Notes under the pieces: generated by a model
The model's input: only the letters and a program-made list of their open reading frames with translations
Database searches by the model: none
Told to the model about the DNA's origin: nothing
Program-made: the position numbers and the translations under genes
Shown here: piece after piece, positions 46,035-60,429 of the stretch
Numbering within the stretch: position 1 is the first letter of the stretch
Layout of the letters: each line of letters starts with the position of its first letter
Source: the human T2T-CHM13v2.0 reference genome, Homo sapiens
Assembly (NCBI RefSeq): GCF_009914755.1
Contig: NC_060930.1
Length of the DNA: 64,000 nt
Direction: 5' to 3' (one strand)

Positions 46035-47385
46035 CATGTGGCTAAATTTAATCATCCATCCTCAGTTCTCATCTTTCCTGACACTCGTGATCATTTCCTC
46101 CGTTTTGAATCCTCTTCTTACCTAGCCTTTGGTATCAATCCCTCAGAAAATCCTGTTGACTCTGCCTTCCAAATATACCCACACATGTGTTCTTTTTTCC
46201 ACTTCCCTAGTGACCTACCTCTGGTCCAAGCAGCCACCACCTCTGGCGTGGAGGGTTGCAGGTCTCCCCGCTTCTGCCCTGCTCCCTCTCCATCTCTTCC
46301 TAACGCACAGCCAGGGCAATCCAGTGAGGGCAGAGGACGGCTCCCACTCAGACCCCAGGGGCTCTCCATCTTAGTCTGAGTAGCAGCCCCATTCCTACAG
46401 AGGCCAGGAGGTGCTACACCACCTGGCCTGGTGACCTCTGCGGCCTCTCCCCTGCTGTTCTCCCCCAACTTGCTCTGCAGGTCACGCTGGCCTCCCACAG
46501 TCTCCCACCGTCTGCACACAGCCCAGTGTGCTCCCGTCTCTGCCTGGAGTGTCCTGAGCTCAGGTGGCTGCAGGGCTCACTTCCTGGGCTTCCTCAGTCT
46601 TCATTCGTAAGGCCTTCCCTCAACACCTGTTTAAAATGACAGCTGCTCCACCCCCAGCTTCCCAGTCCCCCTTATCCTGCCGCACTGATTTCTGCCATGG
46701 CACTCATCTCCTTCTAAGGTTCCATATAATTTAACTAATGAGGCAGCCCTGGGAGTGCAGAGCTCCCACCGCTGCAGGGGAGCACGATGGACCCATGGCT
46801 CCACTGATGCACCTCGGGATGCATGAGGCAGCCCTGGGAGTGCAGAGCTCCCACCCCTGCAGGGCAGCACGATGGACCCATGGCTCCACTGATGCACCTC
46901 GGGATGCAACACCATGTTCACAACAAGGCCAAGCTCCCCGTGGTGCTCCCTGGACCGGGCTGGGACAGGTCCATCACAGGGACACACACCACTCCTCAGG
47001 GAGCAACTTTTCACCCAGGACGCCCTGTTGGCCTGGACAGACCTTTCTTGAAGCTGAGACTCTCCTACCCCTACCTTTTCTTGCCTTTTCTCCTTCTCAC
47101 AGATGTTGGACCTGCAGCGTGGTCTGAAGTCTCTCTTTACTCCCTCTCCAAGAAATCTCCAGCATGTCCAACTCTACCTGGTTTCTACTCCTCAGTGAGT
47201 GTGAGCTGTACAATTGATTATTATTACTGTTATTGCTTTGTTCATGGTCTGTCTCACCCCACTAGAGCATGAACCCGCCAGGGCAGAGGGCTTTGGTTTT
47301 TTCCTGTGCTTTCCTGGTGCCTGGAGCAGGGCCTGGCTCATAGCAGAGATGCAGTAAATCTGTGCTGAATAAATGTCTTACGTAT
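46035..47385 (+). mobile_element. L2 fragments (interrupted)
   Basis: aaaatcctgttgactctgccttccaaatata...ctggtccaagcagccacc; 3' end cctggctcatagcagagatgcagtaaatctgtgctgaataaatg. Confidence 0.6.
46738..46907. repeat. 85-bp tandem duplication (2 substitutions)
   Basis: atgaggcagccctgggagtgcagagctccc...gcacctcgggatgc at 46738 and 46823. Confidence 0.93.
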
Positions 47386-47479
47386 TGAATCAGATGATGC
47401 ATTTTAAAAGCATGCCACCTAGTCTTGCACAAAAGAACCACGTGTTCAGTATTGACCATATTTACACTAAAAAAAAGTC

Positions 47480-48720
47480 AGTTTCCATTAAAGAAAGTTA
47501 AAGTATTTAAGTAAATAAAAACATAGACTGTGTTCTTGGGGTAGGAGCACACTTTAGCAGTATCAAGTATAGTCATATAAAATGTAAATGTCAGTATCCC
47601 CAAATTGTCTACAAATTAAATGCAATTCCAATCAAAATTCTAGCTGGATGTTGAGACATTCATAAATTCATGCTAAAATTTGCTTGGATGAATAAAGGTC
47701 CAGAAGTAGCCTAATTAACTGTGAAAAAACAGGGTACAGAGGCGAGACTTGACCTAGTAAATATAGACTGCAAGACACTAATAGTGATGGTAATAGTAAT
47801 CTTTACAAGTATGGTACTGGTGCAAAAACAGACAATAGATCAATTAGCCAGAGTAGAAAGCTCAGAGAGAGACCACATATACACAGAAGCTCAGCATCAC
47901 AAGTCAATGGGGGAAAGGATGAATTTTATATCGGTGGTTTCAGGAAAACTGGATTACTACATGAAGAAGATGAGGGCACATTCTTTGTAGCACTATGTGT
48001 AGCAGGGGAGTCCTGGAAGGCTAAAGGCCTGCAAGTAGAAATTTAAACTCTAAAGCTCAGAGAAGATAATGGAGGAGTATACTTCTGTGACTTGAGAATA
48101 GAGAAAGATGTTTAAACGAAAATATCTCCCTACAAAATAATGGATTTGACAATATCAAAATCTAGGGGTTTTATTCACTGAAAAACAAAATGGACAAAGT
48201 TAACACATGGCAGATAGGTTGGGAGGTGATATTTACAATTTTGAAAACCATCAAGGGACTGATATTAAGAAAAACAGGGAAAGTCTGTGAATCCAAAGAA
48301 AAGACAGAAAGAAATCAAACAGAAAAGTTGCATAGGGTGTGGACAGGTGAGTCTCAGAAGAGAAAACCCAATGGCTAACATGTATGTAAAGAGATGGTTA
48401 AAGTCATGTCAGAGAAATGCAAATTAGAACATCAGTGAGACACCACTTCACACAAGTGTCAGACTGACAAATTAGGATGCTGGGTGGTACCAGGGACTAA
48501 GGCAGGCACAGGAGCACAGGATTCCATGAGCTGCAGGTGGGTGCAGGTGGCACAGCCATGGTGGAAGGCATCCTGGCGATGTTTATTCAGATTAAGAACA
48601 GGCAGCCAATGACTCAGAACTTCATTCCTGAGAACGTGTTCAACGCAGGCCCATGGATGCATGTGAGGACGCTCATGCAGCCTTACTCGTGGCCATGTGA
48701 TGCTGGGGGAATGAACAGGC
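47480..48720 (+). mobile_element. Old L1ME-like ORF2 3' remnant
   Basis: aaattaaatgcaattccaatcaaaattc, atggtactggtgcaaaaacagacaatagatcaa, agagaaatgcaaattagaac. Confidence 0.75.
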
Positions 48721-48724
48721 ATGA

Positions 48725-49096
48725 TGTATTAGTCTGTTCTCACACTGCTATGAAGAAATACCTGAGACTGGGTAATTTATAAAGGAAAGAAGCTTAAGTG
48801 ACTCACAGTTACGCATAACTGGAGAGGACTCAGGAAACTTACAATCATGGCAGAAGACAAAGGAGAAGCAGGCACCTGAAGACAAGGTGGCAGGATGGAG
48901 CGAGTGCACGCAGGGGAGATGCCAGATGCTTCTGAAAACCATCGGATCTCGTGATAACTCACTCACTGTCACAGCATGAGGGAAAGCACTCCTGTGATCC
49001 AATCACCTCCACCTAGTCCCGCCCTCAACATGTGGGGATTATGGGGATTACAATTCAAGATGAGATTTTGGGTGGGGACACAACCAGACCATATCA
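48725..49096 (-). mobile_element. MST/THE1-family MaLR solo LTR
   Basis: tgtattagtctgttctcacactgctatgaagaaatacctgagactgggtaatttat...gagattttgggtggggacacaaccagaccatatca. Confidence 0.9.
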
Positions 49097-49792
49097 GATG
49101 ATGTGTGGGTGCGTGGAATGCTCTGGAATGTGTCACAGCCCCTGGCTATAAGCAACAGACTCGGGAGTGCAAAGTAACATGGAAAGATCTGAGCCCACGA
49201 GGATATTTGCCTCTTTGTGACGGGAAAGTGAGGGCAAAAAGGAGGCAAACAGATACATAGAGAGATGCATTAAAGATGAGATGTGCCTTGAACTGAGATT
49301 GTGACTAACTCAATCCTATGCACTTGAGGCTAAAAAAAAAGTATCTTAAATAGCTGAGAATCACCGGTAATCAATGGCATCACCTCCTATGATCAGGCTT
49401 TGTAAGTTGCCTTTGTGGGTCGAGGCTGTCTTCTTGTCCACCCCACGCAGGCCTGTTACCGGGGTTAACCCGAGTCTAGGTCCGGATAAAAGCCTATATA
49501 TGGAAAACTTCATGGGATCTCCTTGGAATCCATTCTTAGCAACTCACAAGGTCACAAAGTACCATGGATGAGAAGTTTGGACACATGTCAATTTCCTGCC
49601 TAAGCCCAGGCTCAGGGAATAAGCTGCCTCTTTCTGATCCTCAAAACATAACAAGGACCAAATGCAGTGTACCAACACAGAGCACCAAGTGTCTCCACAC
49701 AAGATCACAACCACATGAGACAGTGACAACTTCATACAACTCCAGGAGGGTCCATCTTCCCTTGAGAAGCCAGGACTGGACAGAGAAAGTAC

Positions 49793-49876
49793 CCGGAGGC
49801 CCGCACAGCTGGCAAATAGTTGATGTATTTTCAGACAGCACAGTTTCTTAAGGACCAAGACTACGATGACATCACA
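49793..49876 (-). other. Candidate 84-nt exon C (CDVIVVLVLKKLCCLKIHQLFASCAGLR)
   Basis: attttattttctcttcttAG| ... CGG|GTACTT; phase 0-0 open. Confidence 0.35.
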
Positions 49877-50232
49877 CTAAGAAGAGAAAATAAAATCTTG
49901 AAAAATGACTTAAAGTATAGGTCAAATATACATGCCATGCGGGTGCTCCAAGAGATGGACAAATTGATCTTATTGATCATATTTTTATACCTTTAATTAC
50001 ATTTGCTTATCTCAGCACCCACTCGCTCTAGAGCCCCTCAGGTGCCCTCAGCCAAGTGGGACTGGACTGACCGCCAACAGCCCTGGTTCCCTGTTGGCCT
50101 CAGACAGAGCTTGCCCAGAATGTTATTTTCTTGGCTGTGTTTTCAAATTGTTGTCATGTTTATCCTAAGGTCATAATTTTATTCTGCCTCATAATTTTCC
50201 ACCTGAAGGGGCTGCCCAAAACCTAACTACAT

Positions 50233-50448
50233 GCCTGGGCAACATAGCAAGACTCCATCTCTACAAAAAACTATAAATATGAGCCAGGTGTGGTTGTGTG
50301 CCTGTAGTCCTAGCTGCTCCAGAGGCTGAGGTGGGAGGATCACTTGAGCCCAGGAGTTCAAGGCCACAGTGAACTATAATCATGCTACTGCACTCCAGCC
50401 TGGGCCACAGGGCAAGACCTAGCCTCAGAAAAAACAAAATAAAAATAA
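50233..50448 (+). mobile_element. Partial AluJ
   Basis: gcctgggcaacatagcaagac...gaggctgaggtgggaggatcacttgagcccaggag. Confidence 0.85.
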
Positions 50449-50875
50449 AGGTGTTTTATATGTACAAAAATTCTTCTTAATCTTTTGATCCAAGGAAAGC
50501 ATCCCCTAACCTTTTAAAATAAGTTCAAAACAGTATTTTTGCAAATCTGAGTGCAGTCCGATTTCTACTAGAGTTCCAAAGTCTTGGTGAACCACCCATT
50601 CTTCTTAATCAAGTTATCATATACATAATTACTAGAATAACAGCTCTCAAAAATTAAAATTCACTTAACAAGAAAATTATATTGAACACAATACATTCTT
50701 TCTCCAGTGACTCCAGAGCCATCCGAGGATATTTCAGTGCCTCGTCAAGATGTTAATTACGAAGCTGAACAATAGTTGCTGAGTGCACTGTAGATTTTAA
50801 ATGAGTCCGGGGAACTTCTTGTGAAACCTGGCTGTCATCATCTCATCCTGGAAAACGAGTGGATGAAAGCAAGCG

Positions 50876-51317
<442 letters not shown>

Positions 51318-51895
51318 TTAGGCTTTCTCTCAAAGCCCTGCAGGGCCCTGTACTTATTTAGTGCAATGGAAATCCTCCACATGGGGTCTGTGTTGGGCGC
51401 GTGGCCTCCCATACCCGTGGCCACGTGGCCTCAAGCTCCCGCTCTCGTGTGGAACCTGACCCTCTTCCCTGCAACTTCACATCTCACTCCAGGAATAATT
51501 TTATGCCAAAAACTTAAAATATTTTTAAGAACCTACTTATTTGCATGTTTTCTAGTGACCTCATGAGAAGATCAATTTAGCAGCTTCTCACATTTTTCAT
51601 CTTTGAGATTCACAGCCACATCACTGAGAAATATGTTAAGGAATATTTAACAGGTTATAAACTACAGTAATCCCACTCAAGACTAAATAGCACCAAGACA
51701 GTTTTCTATAGAAATCGGGAAACTCTCCAGCTCTCACTGAAAATAATGCTAAGACAATTCAGAGTCAAAAAGGCCTCATGGGGTTTTTTCTCCAGATAAC
51801 TCAATTAACCCAAACTAAATCCTGAGACACTCACGCACCTCCGTGTCTCTTGATTTTGTTTGTGGCTTGAGGGGTTGAGAGGCACTGCTTCTCAC

Positions 51896-51994
51896 CGTGA
51901 CCCAGACCACCGCTCCCTGGAGAACGGATCCAGACTTTCCCCACATCTTTTATAGTATCTCCATATCACACATGGGGGAGGTAGGTCCACAGGC
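51896..51994 (-). other. Candidate 99-nt exon B
   Basis: cttccgcttgttaaatgcAG| ... ACG|GTGAGA; length is a multiple of 3. Confidence 0.35.
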
Positions 51995-52261
51995 CTGCAT
52001 TTAACAAGCGGAAGCCAGCACACGTGCAGGTGTGGAGCAGAAGGTCCCACAGCAGCAGCCAGGGCTCCGATTCCCTGGAAGAGCCGCCCACTGCTTCTGA
52101 CCAAACCTCACATTGTTGCTTCCATGTGGAGCTCCCTGGAAGCAGCCAAACCTATAAAGGATTGGTTACAACTGTAGATTTGATTATGTCTAACTTTAAT
52201 GAGATTAAAAGGAATTCATTCTACATTTTATGATTTGTTTTCCGAGTTCACTGGTAATACA

Positions 52262-52565
52262 TTGCATTAGTTTCCAAGGGCTGCCCTAACCAAATACACA
52301 AACTGGGTGGCTTAAGACAACAAAAGTGGATTGTCTTGCATTCTGGATGCTAGAACCCTAAAATCAATGTGTCTGCAGGGCTGTGCTCCCTCTGAAACCT
52401 GCAGGAGAACCCTTTCTTGTCCTTTCCAGCATCTGGTGTTGCTGGGAATCCCCAGGGACCCTTGGTGTATAGATGCGTCACTCCAGTCTCTGTGTCCACC
52501 GTCACGAGGCTTTCTCCCTGTGAGTCCGTATCTGTGTCTCTTCTAAGGATGCCAATCATGTCATT
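52262..52565 (-). mobile_element. MLT1 MaLR LTR fragment
   Basis: tgcattagtttccaagggctgcc...aaactgggtggcttaa...gcagggctgtgctccctctgaa. Confidence 0.8.
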
Positions 52566-53230
52566 GAGTTTTCATGACTGAAAACTCTTGGAACATTATT
52601 CTTTTTTCAAAAGGAAATAGGTCAAAATTGTAACTGGATATAAAATACATAATGGGGTGATGATATTGGAGATAGACTAGATTTTTGCTCTACCTTTCTT
52701 CAGCACATTTATGTTTGATATTTAAGTAGAACTGTCTTGCACTTCAATGTTTAATGATGGCCGGTGTCTGGTATTCTATCTGGCACATGGCAAACACTAA
52801 ATAAATACTTATCAATTGTTGATTATTATTGATCAACCCCATATTGTTGGTACGCATACATTTTGCAATTATAAACATGAAATATACATAATGTTTTTCA
52901 AAGATACGTATGGTTTTATGCCTAAATTTTTATTGCATTAGGATGATCTCATTAGGATACCACATGGATGATATTATGTTTCAAAAAAATTGTCTGTTAA
53001 AACAAATTATAATTAAAACCATTTTCTAAGTGTTGGCTATATTAACCAGTAAATAACAAAAACAAAATATTTTAAAAATCTAATTTAAAAATCATATGAG
53101 TTCTTTGGTTTTAAGGCATAGTAAAGCAATGATTCACATCTTTCCTTTAAATTGGTCATTCTTATTCACTGAAGTTAAAGGAAAACATCTTGGTAATATG
53201 TGCAAATACTTTCTTATGAATTATTTAAAG

Positions 53231-53842
53231 CAAGAGTTCCCAACCCCTGGGCCATAAACCAGTACCAGCCCGTGGCCTGTTAGGAACCGGGCCACACAGC
53301 AGGAGGTGAGTGGCCAGTGAGCAAAGCTTCATCTGTATTTACAGCCCCTCTCAATCGCTCACATTACTGCCTGGGCTCCGCCACCTGTCAGGTCAGTGGC
53401 AGCATTAGATTTCATCTGTATTTACAGCCCCTCTCAATCGCTCACATTACTGCCTGAGCTCCGCCACCTGTCAGGTCAGTGGCAGCATTAGATTCTCATA
53501 GGAACATGAACCCTGTTGTGAATTGTGTATAGGAGGGTTCTAGGTTGCCTACTCCTTATGAGAATTAAATGCCTGGTGATCTGTCACTGTCTCCCATCAC
53601 CCCCAGATGGGACCGTCTAGTTGCAGGAAAACAAGCTCAGGGTTCACATTGATTCTACGTGATGATGAGTTGTATCATTATTTCATTATATTTTACAGTG
53701 TAATAATAATGGAAATAAAGTGCATATAAATGTAATGCACTTGAATCATCCTGAAACCACCCCTCTTCCACCACACCTGGTCAGTGGAAAAACTGTCATC
53801 CACAAAATTTGTCCCTGGTGCCAAAAAGGTTGGGGACCACTG
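53231..53842. mobile_element. MER1A (hAT-Charlie MITE) with an internal 83-bp duplication
   Basis: TIRs caagagttcccaacc / ggttggggaccactg; degenerate 8-bp TSD atttaaag/ctttcaag; duplicated unit at 53328-53410 and 53411-53493. Confidence 0.88.
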
Positions 53843-55066
53843 CTTTCAAGGTAGCAAAGTTTTACCCTAGCATTTGAAAAATGGTATTCTGTGGTACAAC
53901 AAAGAAAACGAGAGATACTCTAAGGGAAGTTCTGTGTCTTCTAAATGACCGATTAAAGAAACTAATGAAAAGTCACTTTTTGTGGCCATGAAACATGAAT
54001 TTAAGAACTATTCTGAAGTTGGCATCCACATAGTCTAGAAAATTTTTCATCTCTTTCATTTCCCACATTCTTTACAAAGTTGTATAACAGCAAGGCCTTC
54101 GAGGGTCACTGAGGCACAGGGCACTACTAGACCTCTGATCCCTGTGCGGATGCTGCCTGCCACATGCTTCACTGGATGTGAGGTGAGGAAAGAATGAATA
54201 TTTTTTTCATCAAACTGCTGAGCTTTTTAGCCCACTGTGATTTATAGTCACTAAAATAAAACAATTCCTTTATCATTCAAATACTACTGACATCTAAATT
54301 CAGACTAATACACTCTACCAAAATCATATCATCTGGCCTGTAACTTAAGACCTACAGACATCAGTTAATTTAGGAAATAATCTGATGTGCAAGGGAAAAA
54401 TTCCATGGAGAGATGACATCCTCCTCTCTTCTCCCCAGTATGCAGGGCCATTCAGCTAATGGGGTAAGCATTTCAGGAAATAATGTGGCCCTGATATATG
54501 TCAGTGGCAATGGAATTAAAGAGGAAGAGACAATAAAAGGAAAAATTTCAAAAGAATTGCCGGTTGAAGATGGATAGAATGAAAACAAAAGTTTTGAGCC
54601 CTGGAGAGGAGAGTTTCAGTACCGCGGACAGAGGTTTTTGCCGTTGCCTACTTTTCCTTAGGCCTCCATCTATGATAATTCATTCTACAAAAATAAAAGG
54701 AGTGAATTGAAACTAAAGTGTAGCTCATAAAGAGTAGTAGCTGTGCTACTTATTTCTACAGAGCATCAAACCTAATGCTGTTGATGTTGATACCTCTTCT
54801 GAAGATGACAAAAATAAGTAAGTCCAAAAAATACACCCTAGTTTTTAAAACATGAATGTGGCTGACAGATGATTAAAACACTTTCATCAAGATTCTAAAA
54901 AGCAGGTAAGATTAGGTTTTGCTTTTACAGCCTTATATAAGCAAAATCCTGCTTCGTTCTCCACAACAGTGCCTTCCTAACCATGTACATCATATGCCAA
55001 GGTCTTCAAAGGGCCCATGCTTTCTTAGCATGCCCAGCATATTTAATTAAAGAATTATTGAACTAT

Positions 55067-55411
<345 letters not shown>

Positions 55412-55556
55412 TTAGTAATGCCTTCCCCAATTAATGGATCTTTGAAAAAACATATAAGTAGATACAGAATGACTCAGTTGTTACAGGACATTTTAAACAG
55501 TGCTTCTTATATGTGTTACTCCACAGGAAGTATTCAAAAATTAGAGTCAAACTCAC

Positions 55557-55635
55557 TCTCAGGAGGTTGTTGTCAACTGGTCAGGTTGGAAACAAGCAAA
55601 TGTTTACATTTCCTACACACTCATATGCTTCCCTC
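55557..55635 (-). other. Candidate 79-nt exon A
   Basis: aattcccctgtcttAG| ... AGA|GTGAGT; best frame REAYECVGNVNICLFPT*PVDNNLLR has a single TGA. Confidence 0.35.
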
Positions 55636-56377
55636 CTAAGACAGGGGAATTGTTCAAAAGAACAACAGATAGTGCTCCACAGAGCACCACTGACTGCTCC
55701 ACAGAGCACCAACCCAAATGCTTGGGTTGAAACATGGAAAAAATCACCAAGGCCTCTCACTCCGAGTCCACGCCCCAAACACAAACACACATTTCTGGAG
55801 GCTTTCTCAGATGATGCTGTGGTCACCTCAAACCATGATTCAAATGAGGCAGATTTTGAGTTTGTGCATAAATGAGATTAAATGTGTGTGCCTTTCAGAG
55901 TAAATGGTGAAAAGGCATAGAGAAAATATATATTTCTTTGTAATGTTCTCTAATACAAGTCAGAAATCAGACCTGAAGGCCAAAAAGTGACATTATTTCT
56001 TCCCCTGCTGCTCCCCCTTAGCACCATGATTAAAGCTCTAAATTTGAAAATGTTACCAGGGGACAGTGATATTCCCCAGCCTCAAAACTCAAGACTCATC
56101 ATGGTGGCTTAGTCTGGCAATTATGTGTATTATGCATAGATCACCACTGTAAGGTTAGATGGGGAACACAGATCCATATAACTCAACAAAGAAACACACA
56201 CACGCATGTAAACACACACACACACCCTAAACCATAAAACAGTAGAGCAGAAACACACAGAGATATCTCCATGTAAATTTTAAAACCTGTCTGCTAGATA
56301 CTATGACTCCTTTAATATCTGCTGAGATTCTACATGCAAGTCACCTTTTCCTCCAGTGTTTTATTTTAAACAGGTAA

Positions 56378-56839
<462 letters not shown>

Positions 56840-58155
56840 TGAAAGTAACTTGCAGATATATTGACATTTCATCTATCACTATTTCAGTGTGTTTCTCTTT
56901 AGAAATGGGATATTCTCCATGACAATAATATTGTTGTGCTCAAAAATATTAAAATTAATATAATGATATTATTAAATGTACAGTTTATATTGAAATTATC
57001 TCCAAAAATGTCTTTGTAGTTTTTTTAAAATCCAGGATCAAATCATAGATTGATCACGCTGCATTTCGTTGTGATGTCTCTGTAGTCCCTGATGTAGGAC
57101 TTCCTTCCTCCCTTTTATCTCTGAAGAGTCCAGGCTAATTGCATTGTAAATTTTCCACAACCTGAATTTTTTCTGTCTCCTCATGTTAGAATCAGATTAA
57201 AGCCTTTTGACAAGAAAGCTGCATCGGTGTTGCCAAGCAGTCTTCTTTGCAGCACGTTAGCTGGCAGGTCCATCCCTCATGAAGCTGTGTTTCATCAACT
57301 GATTAAGGTGGTGTCTGCCAGACCTTTCCATTGCAAAGGTCCCTTTCTATTTCTCAGGAATAAGTGATTTGGGATGTGATGCTTTCGGGCTGCACAGTCA
57401 CCCCTTCCCCAGTTTTGTCGTCCATTCGGAGACCGTTGCCTGTGCTTGTGATTAAAGTGGAGGTTGAAAACAGTGATTTTATAATTCCGTCGTGCCTTTG
57501 TCACAATAAATCCATCAATTGTTTTTTAGTCAAGATGTTATAATCCAATGCCATCATTATTCTACCGAGTATGCCGTTTTTAAAAATTTGGTCATAGGAG
57601 CCTCTTTGAACCAGCGACTGTGTCCTCTCTACGTGTTCCCGCTGATAACTGGACATGCCCTTATTTCCTGGACCAACAAAATACCCCAGGCTCATCTTGT
57701 ATGTCGCCTGCTCCAGACCTGGAGCCAGCTACTGCTCCAAGGATGCTCCCTGGCTCCCTTCATCGGGGAGTGTGGCTTACACACCAAGCTCAGGATGCAG
57801 GTTTTCTTATGACTATGGGGGTGTCAGCCTTTGAAACCCTTTCAGTGGACAGAGCTGGGAATTTCTGGGGTTTAGCACATGGACACGCCACTCAGAAGCC
57901 CACAACATCATTTGAAGGTGCCTTCTGAGGAGTCTTCATGCCAACCTTAGCTTTCGCACCCCATTGCGACTCATTCTTCTTCCCTATAAGAGGGGTTTCT
58001 GTTCTCTTCCGAGGAATTCCATCTATGTGTTGGTTTTTTGTTTGTTTATTTTGTTTTGTTTTTACAAGGTAAGCAAATATATAAATATTTATTTTTACTT
58101 GCCCTCACTTCTTACATGAAAGGTAGCATTACACATAAATATATCCACATGTATA

Positions 58156-58390
58156 CAGTTGTACCTCAGGGTCTGTTGGGGATTGGTTCCAAGACATGTC
58201 CCTCTGCAACCCCATATACCCACATCTGCAACTACTCAAGTCCCAAGCCCCACAGTCGCTCCTGTAGGACCTGTGAATGCAGAAAGTCAGCCCTATAGGT
58301 GGGTTTTGCATCCCGCAAGTACCGTGTTTTCCATCTGCATTGATAAGTGGACTCACACAGTTCAAATGTATGCTGTTTAAGGTCAACTGT
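58156..58390. mobile_element. MER8 (Tigger-derived MITE)
   Basis: cagttgtacctcag...ggattggttccaagac ... cagttcaaa...gtttaaggtcaactg; about 235 bp. Confidence 0.75.
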
Positions 58391-60429
58391 GTGTAGATAG
58401 GGCACAGTATGAGTATACTATACTTCATTTATAGTCTTTTGGTAAAAATCTTTAAAGTAAATCCTGGAAATTACCTGAATTTCATGGAGATTGTGCTCAT
58501 TCTTTCTAGGGCTCTGCAGTGCCCCATGCATAGATATCCTGTAGTTTATTCAACTGGTCTCCTATGGGTAGCACTTAGGTTGTTTTCAATAACTGGCTGT
58601 ATGAATAATGCTGCAAGGAATAATCTTGTATTTACTGTATTTATGAAGGTAGGTCTTCAGGGTAAATTACTAGAAAGGGGAGCTCTGGGTTAAAGGGTAA
58701 ATGCATCTATAATTTTCCTATAAGGCCAATTTTCCTCCTCAAGAGTTTTTCCACTTTTCTACCCCAAGGGCACTATATGAGAGTGTGTGTTTTGTCAACA
58801 AAGCCTGGAATCAAGCTTTGGAACTCCTGCAAATCTGAGGTGAAGGGAAGTAGCTGGAGCAGTTTTCAGTGCATTTTTCTGTCCATGACTGTTTAAGGTA
58901 CTTGTCATAGGCTATCTGTATGTATCTTTGTCCTTTTATCCAGGGGACATGTACATATAGTTGGACAAAGCCCCTTCTTCAACTTTTCCCTTAAGCTCTG
59001 AGCCCACTACTAGATGTCTTCATATGCTGTTACCTGTGCAGGTAAAACTGCCCCACCCACCGACCAGCCTCCCATGTCTGTCCAACTCCTAACCATCCAC
59101 AGAACCCCACTTGAATGCCCTTTTCTCATTAAAGGTTTCCAGATTTCCTTCCTCTATCTCAATCTCAGATTAAGTGCCTCTCACCTGGGTCTCAAATTAT
59201 CTGATTCAATCTTGGTTAAAATTATGTTTAGATGAGTGGGCTGTCTCACTGGGATTTAATGAGAAGCCTTGTGTGTCTTGGGAATATAAAGGCTTTGGTG
59301 GGTGGAAAAAATAGAAGAATAGGTTAGAAAACGTTTACATTCCTGATACCATGCAATTTAAAGCAAATGTTCTATTCTGTTACCACAAAGTTGAGTTACT
59401 GTGCAGATCTTTCCACTGTAAAGAACAAAGAGCTTTCTTATAATATTGAAAGGTTTATTCCCATAATTCCAATAAAAGCTGACTTGTCATTTTGATTTAT
59501 ATATATATGAATATAACACACATTTTTCCATACTTATTATAGAGAATTGTGCTCATTACATTTTAAACTGCATTTGTTATAAGACAGTAAATTGCCTCCT
59601 TAACAAAAAGTAATTAACCCACTTATAATGACCTCAATTATTTTGTTCAATTATAATTAACCAATTACTACGTTCACACACACACTAGTTTAGGAACATT
59701 ATGTAAAAGCGCTCCTCCTTGCCTAAGTTCGCTGCAAGTAAAAATTAACAAGTATCTCTCACAGATGAATTTTTAAACATAGCACAAAATAGCATTTTAT
59801 CACAGGGAGCCAAGGGCAGGGACAAGCAGGTGTCTTGGAATGATGGGTCCAGGGCTATAGGGATTTGGATATTGAATTAGGTAACCATATTTTGTATCAC
59901 ACGCTAGGCACAGAGTGAGCACATAGGAATTATAAGTATTAATTAGGATAAAATTGTATAAATGTAAAACACATCTAGCAAATTTGAAGTGTTATTTCGA
60001 ATTGCTTAGTGGCTTTATTTTTAAAATATAGAGGTGATCGGGTAACACCGAGACAAGGATTTCTCTTTCTTTCCAGCAGGCGCACCCCAGGAGTGACAAA
60101 TCAGCCTTCAATTCCCTCTGGGGAGGGGCCTGGTTGTCCTCTTTGGGTGGCTTAGCAGCTCAGGCCCTGTGGGTGCGCTTCACATGCGTGGGGCTGTAGG
60201 ATGGAGGGGTGGAGAGGCAGGCAGGCAGAAACACAGGAGGCCTCACTATGTCTTCTTCCAGAAATCCCGGCTTCTCCTGTAAACGCTGCAGTCAGGCTCC
60301 ATCCTTAGCCTGGCACGGGTCTGCCCTGTCCATGTGCATCCTCCGTGTGGGTGCGGTGGGCCATCCCTCCTCCCACCGTAACCACCTACGCTCCCCTGGG
60401 TTTCCTCCCCCTCACTTATTCCCTTTCAC

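Noticed and set aside
50695-50787. Minus-strand TPR-like peptide HLDEALKYPRMALESLEKE as another exon
   Set aside because: Weak splice sites, an in-frame TAA, and the similarity is only impressionistic. Worth including in a tBLASTn but not called.
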